From IMG/VR virus record IMGVR_UViG_3300037067_012889, positions 288,001-352,000 of that record: a DNA stretch of 64,000 nucleotides. The stretch is one strand, 5' to 3'. Under the pieces are notes generated by a model, which saw only the letters and a list, made by a program, of their open reading frames with translations, was not told where the DNA came from and did no database searches. Positions within the stretch are counted from its first letter, which is position 1; each line of letters begins with the position of its first letter. Positions 55,847 through 63,790 of the stretch are shown in pieces. The position numbers and the translations under genes were made by a program. The DNA comes from a virus (Duplodnaviria; Caudoviricetes).

Positions 55847-57448
55847 CTAACACTGTTTTAGTGTGTTCAAGAAATGTTTAATATCACCATTCGGCATTTC
55901 GTATCTATGAAACAAATCAGGATACATAATGCTCAATATGGTATAGATCGCTTCTTCGGTTCCCATACATTCATGTTGTATCGCCCAATCAACTTCTGAA
56001 TAGAACAAACTGGTCATCTGTTGTATTTGTTGCTTTGTTCCACCAAAAAGCGTAGCACGACATACATAATATGGATTTCGAGTACATCTTTCGATCATCA
56101 TATCCATATCATAACCATGAATTTCAGAATTCGTGTGATATGGATATGATGTGACGAAGAATTTATCGTTCGGAATTCTCGTAAAATAAAATTGGTTAAG
56201 ATCACCAGTAATATGATAACTATTATAAATACCCGAATCTAACCAATAAAAGTAACTACTGTTACTATTTCTGGTCGCCGCATCAAGCATACGTTGCTTC
56301 AACAATGTCATCGCAATATAATAACGTGAACCGATGACGCTGTCCTTCATCCAATCAGATTGATGAAGCCATCGATATTTTGTGATGATATCCTGGATGC
56401 CACCGAAGAATTCACATTTCTCGATGTCTGCTGTAGTAAATGGAATCAGAGTTAATTCACTAGCACCTCTGGTTTGCCTCATTAACTCAAAGTATTTCGG
56501 ATCGCAATATAACACCAGTCTGTGCCTAGTGTCTAAAAGCTTTTTGACGCCTTCGAGATAATGTTGCTCGAACGTCCTATCGTCCCTATTTAAATCGATC
56601 ATCATCGACACGATAGTAATGTCATATGGATGACGATAATCTTTATCGAGCCAGCGATAGTTAAGTTGTGGGAATATTCTGTCGTGTTTCAATTCTTGCG
56701 GGATGTAATCGTAAGGCGTTTTAGAGTCATCTGGCCTACGGCCAGCTATTGCACTACAATCATCACCCAAATGCTCAACATATTTGTCATTTAAAAAGAT
56801 GCCCTTAAATCCAAGCGCAAAGAACTTTCTATCGATATTCCATTCATTGTGCCATTTTTCGACACGACCTAACATTATTAAATCGTCTCGCCGCTTTAAA
56901 TTTGGGCTGCCGCACCATATACACCAATATAAGTGATAATCTGTTATCGTCCATGGTTTTTTATAATAGAAAGTAATATCGCCCACACCATCTTCCCGCT
57001 GTAACCGTTGTATACTTTTATCATAACTCTTAATTCCCTGCCAGTCGAACGTCCTCCAAGAAATATCAACTATACCGATATCACGATGTGTCTGCAGAAT
57101 CCTTTTCGAGTCATTCAAATATCCTGGCTTCAAAAATTCCCAATCATCTTCGAGATAGAAGATATATTCAGAATCACAATAGGACACCATGAAGTCGAGT
57201 GCCCACCATTGTGTGCGATTTCTCGGGAAACAAACGACATCACATTGGTCGCCGTACTTTTCGACAAGTTTGTCGAAAACACCTTCTACTGCACTGTCAT
57301 CAACTATCACCATCTTGGTCTGATAGTCTCTAGTGGCAAAGAACGATGTTAATGTCTTATCTAAGACATCGAGTCTATTGCAACTCAAAACAAACGTTGT
57401 CGTATCTGAATCTGGCTGCTCTACGGTATGGAATCTGACTTTGTTCAT
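55847..57448 (-). CDS. GT2-like domain fused to an HtrL/WlaTC-like glycosyltransferase
   Basis: SCNRLD, VDDS, FYLEDDW; TIVSMMIDLNR...YFYWLDSG...LFGG...MGTEE. Confidence 0.75.
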   Translation of the reverse strand: MNKVRFHTVEQPDSDTTTFVLSCNRLDVLDKTLTSFFATRDYQTKMVIVDDSAVEGVFDKLVEKYGDQCDVVCFPRNRTQWWALDFMVSYCDSEYIFYLEDDWEFLKPGYLNDSKRILQTHRDIGIVDISWRTFDWQGIKSYDKSIQRLQREDGVGDITFYYKKPWTITDYHLYWCIWCGSPNLKRRDDLIMLGRVEKWHNEWNIDRKFFALGFKGIFLNDKYVEHLGDDCSAIAGRRPDDSKTPYDYIPQELKHDRIFPQLNYRWLDKDYRHPYDITIVSMMIDLNRDDRTFEQHYLEGVKKLLDTRHRLVLYCDPKYFELMRQTRGASELTLIPFTTADIEKCEFFGGIQDIITKYRWLHQSDWMKDSVIGSRYYIAMTLLKQRMLDAATRNSNSSYFYWLDSGIYNSYHITGDLNQFYFTRIPNDKFFVTSYPYHTNSEIHGYDMDMMIERCTRNPYYVCRATLFGGTKQQIQQMTSLFYSEVDWAIQHECMGTEEAIYTILSIMYPDLFHRYEMPNGDIKHFLNTLKQC

Positions 57449-57780
57449 GTTTTTGCTTCTATCTCTTCATTTGAGACGATATCAAAACCTTTTAGACAGG
57501 TATATTGCCCTTTTGGTGCTTCTTCAAACACGGCCGTTATAGCACCCCAGCCTCTTTTAGGTCCGTCATCATAACTCCCGCACAAGCCGTTAAGCAGCCC
57601 AAGAAGGCCAACGTGACAACCGCCATGCTGGGCCGAGACCTGGCACGTAGGATGGTCGGCGAGAGCTTGGTTACACGGTATATGATTTGCAATCAGCGCC
57701 CCGATGCAAGGTTTGTCTAATGTGGTCAATTCATTTAAGTAATCGACAACACGCTTAGCCAAATCAAGATCGACAGCCAT
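57445..57780 (-). CDS. Hypothetical phage protein
   Basis: CNQALADHPT...VGLLGLLNGL pattern; GAGGGG SD. Confidence 0.7.
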   Translation of the reverse strand: MAVDLDLAKRVVDYLNELTTLDKPCIGALIANHIPCNQALADHPTCQVSAQHGGCHVGLLGLLNGLCGSYDDGPKRGWGAITAVFEEAPKGQYTCLKGFDIVSNEEIEAKT

Positions 57781-57851
57781 GATATTTCCCCTCAGAAGCG
57801 ACCAATTATGTTATCTACACAATGATCATATCGAGAGGTTGAACGAAAAGA

Positions 57852-58079
57852 TTAAGGCTCGCCGATAACAGCTTTATAGTGATCCTTGGCCATATCGAAA
57901 TAATGCATTGGTATTCCAATACCTTCTTCCAACTTGTCGGCCATCTGCCTGAGATAGGTAATGGTAGTTTGTAGTGCCTGATGTTTAGTCATCTGGCCAA
58001 AGCCAGCGACAGTGACAAGCGGCTCATCGTTTACGTCTTCGGAAATCGTTCTAGAAATCTGATCAATATTATTTGTCAT
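57852..58079 (-). CDS. Hypothetical protein
   Basis: 75-aa ORF with AAGGA SD. Confidence 0.55.
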   Translation of the reverse strand: MTNNIDQISRTISEDVNDEPLVTVAGFGQMTKHQALQTTITYLRQMADKLEEGIGIPMHYFDMAKDHYKAVIGEP

Positions 58080-58122
58080 AATTCACAGTCCTTCGATATA
58101 TTTTTGTCAGTATTATATTAAA

Positions 58123-58479
58123 ATGACTAAAGTTGAACGCTATTTCCGTCTTGCTAAAAGTGTCGCTTTAAAAGGTGATTCTAATAATATCTATCGCAAT
58201 CATCGCCTTGGTGCTGTCGGCGTTAGAGCAGATGGAGTAATAGTGACCGCTAATAATATCCCATGCATTCAACAAAATGCACATTCTCATGCCGAAGCCA
58301 GATTGGTGCGAAAATTGAACTGCGGATCAGAAATTTACGTCGTAAGAATATTGCGGTCAAATGGACTCAGCAATGCTCATCCATGCACCAAATGCCAAAA
58401 TGCTATGAGACTCAGAGGAATACGGCGTGTCTATTATTCTATTTCAGACAACGAATATGGTGTGATTGTTCTAAGATGA
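58123..58479 (+). CDS. Zn-dependent cytidine/dCMP deaminase-like protein
   Basis: HRLGAV, HAE, PCTKC, GIRRVYYS. Confidence 0.85.
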   Translation: MTKVERYFRLAKSVALKGDSNNIYRNHRLGAVGVRADGVIVTANNIPCIQQNAHSHAEARLVRKLNCGSEIYVVRILRSNGLSNAHPCTKCQNAMRLRGIRRVYYSISDNEYGVIVLR

Positions 58480-58752
58480 TTCACTCTCATCATTCGTTAA
58501 AACATGCCGCGTTTTGAATTGTTTTTCACAATGTCGGCATATAACAACATTCGGATAAGTCTGCCAAGTATAGTCGTTAGGATCTATACCCAATTCCTTA
58601 TCTTCTTCTGTTGCAGCCAATAATATAGATCTCTGAAAATTTTCGCGGCCACAACTTGGACAGTCCCACATATACGCTGGTGATAATTCGATTATTTCTT
58701 CACCAGTATACATTCCACACGTTGGACATATATTCGGTTTTTCGTCCGCCAT
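58471..58752 (-). CDS. Zn-ribbon hypothetical protein (start MADEKP)
   Basis: GGAGG SD before ATG 58752; three CxxC pairs. Confidence 0.7.
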   Translation of the reverse strand: MADEKPNICPTCGMYTGEEIIELSPAYMWDCPSCGRENFQRSILLAATEEDKELGIDPNDYTWQTYPNVVICRHCEKQFKTRHVLTNDESESS

Positions 58753-58776
58753 TTTATTCCTCCATGGTATGTACCT

Positions 58777-58815
58777 AAAAAAGTGCCCCGATGGAAATTT
58801 CCGATCCACCGGGGC
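58777..58815 (-). terminator. Rho-independent terminator closing the ncRNA locus
   Basis: On -: GCCCCGGTGGA-tcggaaatt-TCCATCGGGGC-ACTTTTTT. Confidence 0.8.
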
Positions 58816-58900
58816 TTTGAAATTGTAAATTCAATTACAATTAGGGCGTCGAATTCACAGGCCAACTATCTCCATTTAATTCACAATCTAAAGCTAATAC

Positions 58901-58985
58901 CCACGTGTACTACGAACTGTACTACGACCCATTATAATAATCTGCCCGCAAGATGGGTCGGCCTGAATTGAACAGGCGTCCGTGG
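58901..58985 (-). ncRNA. Circularly permuted tRNA-like domain 2 (Y RNA/YrlA-like)
   Basis: On -: CCACG gac GCCTG-TTCAATT-CAGGC CGACCCAT-loop-ATGGGTCG ta GTAC-agttcgta-GTAC a CGTGG = closing stem, T-arm, loop-closed acceptor stem, D-arm. Confidence 0.8.
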
Positions 58986-59054
58986 TTTGTTTGATTGTGA
59001 ACCTCGATTTGGCCTTCGACGTAATTCTAAGTCTGTAGTGATAATCTAAATCTG

Positions 59055-59136
59055 TGGCTTGCCTCTGCTTTGGGCTACCCCCGCGTGTACTGTTTGGAAG
59101 TGCGGGGGCTAGGTCTCGCACCTAGACTTGGAGCCA
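59055..59136 (-). ncRNA. Circularly permuted tRNA-like domain 1 (Y RNA/YrlA-like)
   Basis: On -: TGGCT ccaagt CTAGG-TGCGAGA-CCTAG CCCCCGC-loop-GCGGGGG ta GCC-caaagcaga-GGC a AGCCA. Confidence 0.8.
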
Positions 59137-59205
59137 ATCTCTAAGTATCAGTCTGAATCTAAGGCTGCACATACTGCTGTACCCATTCTCGGGCCTCGAC
59201 AGTTT

Positions 59206-59940
59206 CTATCCGAAGATGTAGCCAAGGAAACTCTTGGCAACCGAAATTTCCTTCACGTCAACACAATTCGCTTCGCATCGTGCCGACTTAACGGCGTCCT
59301 GCAACTTCCGGATCCTGGCGACCATTAGCCGACGATCAGCTTCCGGAATCGCACCAGAGAACTTGGTAGTCGTCCAACGGCCGACAACCTTATCTTCCAT
59401 CCAGGTTTCAACCTGTGCAGGGTGCTTGTCGGTCGCATCGTACTTGACGTTATTGCGAGGAGTTTTCTTGGTGCGAACTGATTCAGCTTGATCGGTCGCA
59501 TAGCAACCTTCCTGGTCGTCGAAGTGCCAGCTTTCAGACGGGTCGAGAGTAGGAAGCTTACTGACGAAGGTGTTCAAGTCCTCAAGCTTGTGTTCGAGGA
59601 ACAACAAATTCGTCGCTGGCACGTGTTCGAGGATGACGACGCCGTCAACAACAACATCGGCGAAAGCTTCGGTATTTGCGGTGTCCTGAGTCGCCACGAG
59701 ATCGAGCATCGGGCCAATAGCTTCTTTTGCCTGCTCGATAACTTCCTGAACACGAAGCTGAACACGCTTGCTCTCAGGTGGAAGCCGGTCGGTGTCCTCA
59801 TCGTCGATTGGTCGGTAATTCCTAGCAATACCGGCGAGCAGATCGCTTTTTTGCAAAATGTGATATAGCTTGGTCAAGCCGGATTCGGCTTGAGCTTTCT
59901 TCGCCTTGACCAAAGCAACGATCTGATGCAACTTCGCCAT
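59206..59940 (-). CDS. Conserved 244-aa protein (DUF7873-like family), candidate RNA-binding partner of the downstream ncRNA
   Basis: MAKLHQIVA..., LPPESKRVQ, LLFLEHKL..L..LPTLD, RTKK.PRN.VK..AT.KHPAQV, KFSGA, recalled as a family widespread in actinobacteria and phages; AGAGGAG SD. Confidence 0.75.
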   Translation of the reverse strand: MAKLHQIVALVKAKKAQAESGLTKLYHILQKSDLLAGIARNYRPIDDEDTDRLPPESKRVQLRVQEVIEQAKEAIGPMLDLVATQDTANTEAFADVVVDGVVILEHVPATNLLFLEHKLEDLNTFVSKLPTLDPSESWHFDDQEGCYATDQAESVRTKKTPRNNVKYDATDKHPAQVETWMEDKVVGRWTTTKFSGAIPEADRRLMVARIRKLQDAVKSARCEANCVDVKEISVAKSFLGYIFG

Positions 59941-59947
59941 GTCGTAA

Positions 59948-59967
59948 CTCCTCTAAATCTAAGTCTG
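59948..59967 (-). promoter_or_regulatory. AGACTT-AGATTT-AGA repeat overlapping the Shine-Dalgarno sequence (putative translational operator)
   Basis: On -: cAGACTTAGATTTAGAGGAGttacgacATG; the same hexamers occur in the downstream ncRNA. Confidence 0.55.
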
Positions 59968-60016
59968 GGAAATTAAAAAGCGATTATAGCACGATTGTGA
60001 CTTTTATTTAATTCGA

Positions 60017-60475
60017 TTATCTGAATTGTTGGCACCAAAAGGCCGTACCATTTGGAGAGGCATATCCAGATAACCCAATTCTGGTATGGCTGGGGTTTAA
60101 AATATTCGCACGATGACCTGGACTATTCATCCAAGCACTCATTACCGATTCAACCGTTGGTTGGCCCATGGCTATGTTTTCTATATGTCCAGACGAATGA
60201 ATCATATTATGGTGGTTGGCCATCCACCCGCAGTGTTGTCTAGCAGTACGATGTAACATAGTATCGAGAACCAAAACACCCAAGCCATACCTCTGTCGGG
60301 TGTCATTAACCGCTTCGAGTAATTGGTTTTCCACCTGATAGATGGGTGCGTCATCAACTGGTGCATTCGCCGAAGCAGATGTACTATCATGGCCCCTACG
60401 GCGTAAACCACGACCAAATGTCGTGTTTGCTGAAAAGAAAACTGACAAACATAATACACAAACGAACCATTTCAT
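60017..60475 (-). CDS. Secreted CAP (SCP) domain protein
   Basis: N-terminal signal peptide; VNDTRQRYGL, ARQHC..M, ENIAMGQ, WMNSPGHRANILN, FWCQQF. Confidence 0.88.
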   Translation of the reverse strand: MKWFVCVLCLSVFFSANTTFGRGLRRRGHDSTSASANAPVDDAPIYQVENQLLEAVNDTRQRYGLGVLVLDTMLHRTARQHCGWMANHHNMIHSSGHIENIAMGQPTVESVMSAWMNSPGHRANILNPSHTRIGLSGYASPNGTAFWCQQFR

Positions 60476-60530
60476 ATCGGCTCCTTTTGTTATGAGAAAT
60501 TGCGCTACGCTGATTATTTATCAGTGGATT

Positions 60531-60965
60531 TTATAGTTGCTTATCAGAGGAGCCAAAGCCCTTAATTCCACGTACAGTTTCGTCTAAAGAGTTTACTTCT
60601 TCGATAAATAATTCTGGCACTGGCAATACTAAACCCTGAATTATTTTATCGCCAGTTTTGACAGTATAAGTGTCTGAACTGAGATTTACTAAACTAACTA
60701 ACCATTCACCCCTATACGTACTATCAATCACACCAGCCAAATGGTGAATACCCTTTTTACCACCAATTCCAGATCGATCGAATAACACAACACAATAACC
60801 AGTCTCTATGCTTGAAGCCAAACCAGTATGAAAGAGATGTCTTTCATTTGGTAGAAGACTATAATCCTCTACAGCAGCAATATCAAATCCTGCTTCATGT
60901 TCGCCCGCTTTTGTAGGGATTTTGGCATCATTGTGTAATTTCTGGAATTTTATTCTCATAAGCAT
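60531..60965 (-). CDS. dut: Trimeric dUTPase
   Basis: AGFDI, DRSG, GVIDSTYRGE, GDKIIQ, RGIKGFGSS. Confidence 0.95.
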   Translation of the reverse strand: MLMRIKFQKLHNDAKIPTKAGEHEAGFDIAAVEDYSLLPNERHLFHTGLASSIETGYCVVLFDRSGIGGKKGIHHLAGVIDSTYRGEWLVSLVNLSSDTYTVKTGDKIIQGLVLPVPELFIEEVNSLDETVRGIKGFGSSDKQL

Positions 60966-61104
60966 TTAAATACATCACAAGAAGCAGATCGTAAGAAAAC
61001 GATTAAAAAGTAGATAGACGTATTTGACTTCACAACTCACAATGGTCGCAGGTGCACAAGGTCAGTCTTCCACTACGGCTAGTGCATTTAGACCGCTCGA
61101 ATCA

Positions 61105-61168
61105 CAGTCAAACAGTCAAACAGTCAAACAGTCAAACAGTCAAACAGTCAAACAGTCAAACAGTCAAA
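61105..61168 (+). repeat. Perfect tandem repeat (CAGTCAAA)x8
   Basis: Counted directly; flanked by the 13-bp direct repeat GTCTTCCACTACG at 61065-61077 and 61204-61216. Confidence 0.95.
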
Positions 61169-61255
61169 ACAATTCTCCAATCTGGTGTCGCAGCCGTACA
61201 GACGTCTTCCACTACGATCGTGCGGTTAGATCACATATCTTCATAATTGTCGAAG

Positions 61256-61290
61256 TCACACCCGGCGTACTTTCTGCACGCCGGGTGTGA
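61256..61290. other. Perfect 13-bp inverted repeat (hairpin)
   Basis: TCACACCCGGCGT-actttctgc-ACGCCGGGTGTGA. Confidence 0.85.
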
Positions 61291-61913
61291 TAGACATCTT
61301 AAAATATAGCTTCCTAGATGAAGCAAATGGAGAAGAATGACGTGCTCACTCCATGCAGAGCGGTCTAATAACCGGAAAAAGAGTAGTCTAACTCCTGCAG
61401 GATTCGTCAACACCAGAGACGGTTGTAGTGCTAGGATGGCAGCGAAGCAGCCCTTGCAGGGAACGGGTGTCCAAAGGATATGTTATTGGTCCTAGAGAGG
61501 ACTCGTCTGGGGAGTTCAGCATTGATCCGGTTTATCTGGGATATGCTGAGGCAGCGGGACGTTAAACTCGTGGAATTCAATCAGCATTGGGCTGGTTGAT
61601 GGGTACCCTCGGCTTTAGCCACCGGGGGCGGGGGGGCTTTGCGCTGGCAGATCATACATCAATAATATTCTCTTCTAATCTTGTTTACATTAACGTTTCT
61701 AAATTGTAAATCTTGATAGATCTAATGAAGCAAGCGCAGCGAGCGAATTAGATCTAGCAGCGTCCACGCTGCTATGAATGTTTCTACAATCTAATGTTTA
61801 CAGTACTCTTGTTAAACTCGGTAGGAAGTATACATATCAAATCTTGTATGTATCTTATCCTTGGGTGCTACTGTGTTAGTACATAGGGCAAATCGCGAGA
61901 AGCACTCGTAACT

Positions 61914-62903
61914 ATGAAAATAGCAAAAATCGTAGATCAATTTGGATGGGCTTACTATTTCTTAGATAAAGAACAGCAACGGTATTCAAGACACGAAATA
62001 GTTATTCAGAAACATAATAAGACGGATTTAGAAAATGTCAGTGCAGTTTATATTCATGGACCTGATATTTCCCCAGAAGCACTTAATTTGTGTTTAGAAG
62101 CTAAAAGACGTAATATAAAGGTCATTGGCGGACATGCTGGACCTGTTACCAATCTTCAACCATATCCATATCTTGATCTTGCTGTAGGTATCTCACCACA
62201 GACATTTGAATTTTGTAAAACACATTATTCATGTCCATCTGTTTTTCTACCCGAAGGTATAGACACTGATTTTTTCAAACCACTGAAACGAAATCAACAG
62301 ATCTCGACATGGGGCAAGAAAAAATGGCACTGTGCTAATGAAAAATTACCAATACCATCATTGATGAAAAGAAATAATAGGTACATCAGTGGTTTAATAG
62401 TTGGTTGGGCTGGTAGAAGAGATAATGTTAAGCGAATGCATTTGTTAGATATGCTTGACTACAAAGTCGATATTCAATCGCAACATGGTAAACAGTTCTT
62501 TATTGAGAGAACTCTTGATCATATGCTGCGATTCTATAATGCTATTGACGTACTTGTTTTGACAAGTCTAAGCGAGTGTATGCCTCGTGTTGTGTTGGAA
62601 GCTTGTGCATGTGGCATACCTGTTATTTGCACTGATGTCGGATCCATACGAATGATTTTAGATCGCAATTGGATTGTCCCAGTTAATCCGGAGAAAACAG
62701 TTGTTGATGAGATGAATAGAAAATTACATCTTCTAGAAGACAAAAATCTTAGACAGCAAGTTGGCACTGAAAATAGACGTAGGGTTGAGAAAACGTTGAG
62801 CTGGAAGATTTTAGAACCATATTGGGATATGGCTTTTGAGGCAGCAGTTGAAGGAAACATCCAAAGCATACACTCAATTAACACTCATTTCGGAATAAAA
62901 TGA
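61914..62903 (+). CDS. GT4-family glycosyltransferase
   Basis: GIDTDFF, VGWAGR, YNAIDVLVLTSLSECMPRVVLEACACGIPVICTDVG. Confidence 0.9.
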   Translation: MKIAKIVDQFGWAYYFLDKEQQRYSRHEIVIQKHNKTDLENVSAVYIHGPDISPEALNLCLEAKRRNIKVIGGHAGPVTNLQPYPYLDLAVGISPQTFEFCKTHYSCPSVFLPEGIDTDFFKPLKRNQQISTWGKKKWHCANEKLPIPSLMKRNNRYISGLIVGWAGRRDNVKRMHLLDMLDYKVDIQSQHGKQFFIERTLDHMLRFYNAIDVLVLTSLSECMPRVVLEACACGIPVICTDVGSIRMILDRNWIVPVNPEKTVVDEMNRKLHLLEDKNLRQQVGTENRRRVEKTLSWKILEPYWDMAFEAAVEGNIQSIHSINTHFGIK

Positions 62904-63790
62904 CCAAACCATATAGCATGCTGATATTGGGATATGATCCTGGGAGTTTGTCTTGCTCATATATGAGTGCGTCTATGCTCACGTTCTGTATAAGATCGTC
63001 TCTTGAAAAACATAAGCATATTAACGTGCAATCACTTCCAATAGCACCCTTTCGAACAGAATTTCCAAAGGCTGATTTTGTATTACTAATTTGTTATGCT
63101 GGCATCACGACAGAGCAAATTAGTACAATTAGAGAAAAGGCCGGAGCTAAGAAAATAATCTCATTATGCGAGATAAATTTCGTCGGTGTTGGCGTTGATT
63201 ATTCATTCATTTTTAACTCAGATTGCAAATATGATGGCCGTACTTCTTATATCTGTCTACCTTGCCAAAAAGATCTATTAAGACTAACACCCAAAGAACC
63301 AAAGACAGTTTTAGTAGATCACTGCTGGGAGAGTTTCGTTGGGACTGGTAAAGATATAACATATGAAATTGAAGTCTGGTTAGACGATATTAAACACGAG
63401 TATAAGATATATCGAATGATTAGGCCGCAAGATAAGTTTAATCATCGCATAATGGATTTTGAAATCCCATTGATAACTTCCGACTATTTAACATATCTTA
63501 ATAGCACATCTACTATTGAAAACTTCATAGTAACACACCATGAAGGTTACTCATATGGTGTGATTGATATGGCTGCCAGAGGAACAAGAGTTCTTATACC
63601 AAAAGATTTTCTGGCTCGATGTGTAACCGAGTCTCTTAAAATTCCTGAATTCAGGAATAAGCAAGAGATGCTAGATATCATTACAACACCAGTGGAGCCG
63701 ACTTGGTCGCATAAGATCAATATTTGTACTGATTATGACGCAATTGCAGATGAGATAGACTCTAAAATTCAGGAGTGGATCGATGGATAA
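62900..63790 (+). CDS. Glycosyltransferase-like (GT-B) hypothetical protein
   Basis: FIVTHHEGYSYGVIDMAARG resembles the GT4 ExxGxxxxE motif; coupled to the GT4 gene. Confidence 0.55.
   Translation: MTKPYSMLILGYDPGSLSCSYMSASMLTFCIRSSLEKHKHINVQSLPIAPFRTEFPKADFVLLICYAGITTEQISTIREKAGAKKIISLCEINFVGVGVDYSFIFNSDCKYDGRTSYICLPCQKDLLRLTPKEPKTVLVDHCWESFVGTGKDITYEIEVWLDDIKHEYKIYRMIRPQDKFNHRIMDFEIPLITSDYLTYLNSTSTIENFIVTHHEGYSYGVIDMAARGTRVLIPKDFLARCVTESLKIPEFRNKQEMLDIITTPVEPTWSHKINICTDYDAIADEIDSKIQEWIDG

Noticed and set aside
58901-59136. Canonical tRNA genes or a two-piece tmRNA
   Set aside because: The halves are in permuted order with no anticodon loop and no CCA after the discriminator base. Both have D-stems and lack the G3:U70 alanine identity and a tag ORF expected of tmRNA.
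58783-59328. Short ORFs 58783..58971, 58894..59121 and 59128..59328
   Set aside because: They lack convincing SDs or protein-like features and overlap the structured RNA and terminator.
61024-61290. CRISPR array, or ORFs encoding (QSNSQTVK)n
   Set aside because: The 8-bp units are contiguous with no spacers. The ORFs result from a repeat that lacks stop codons.
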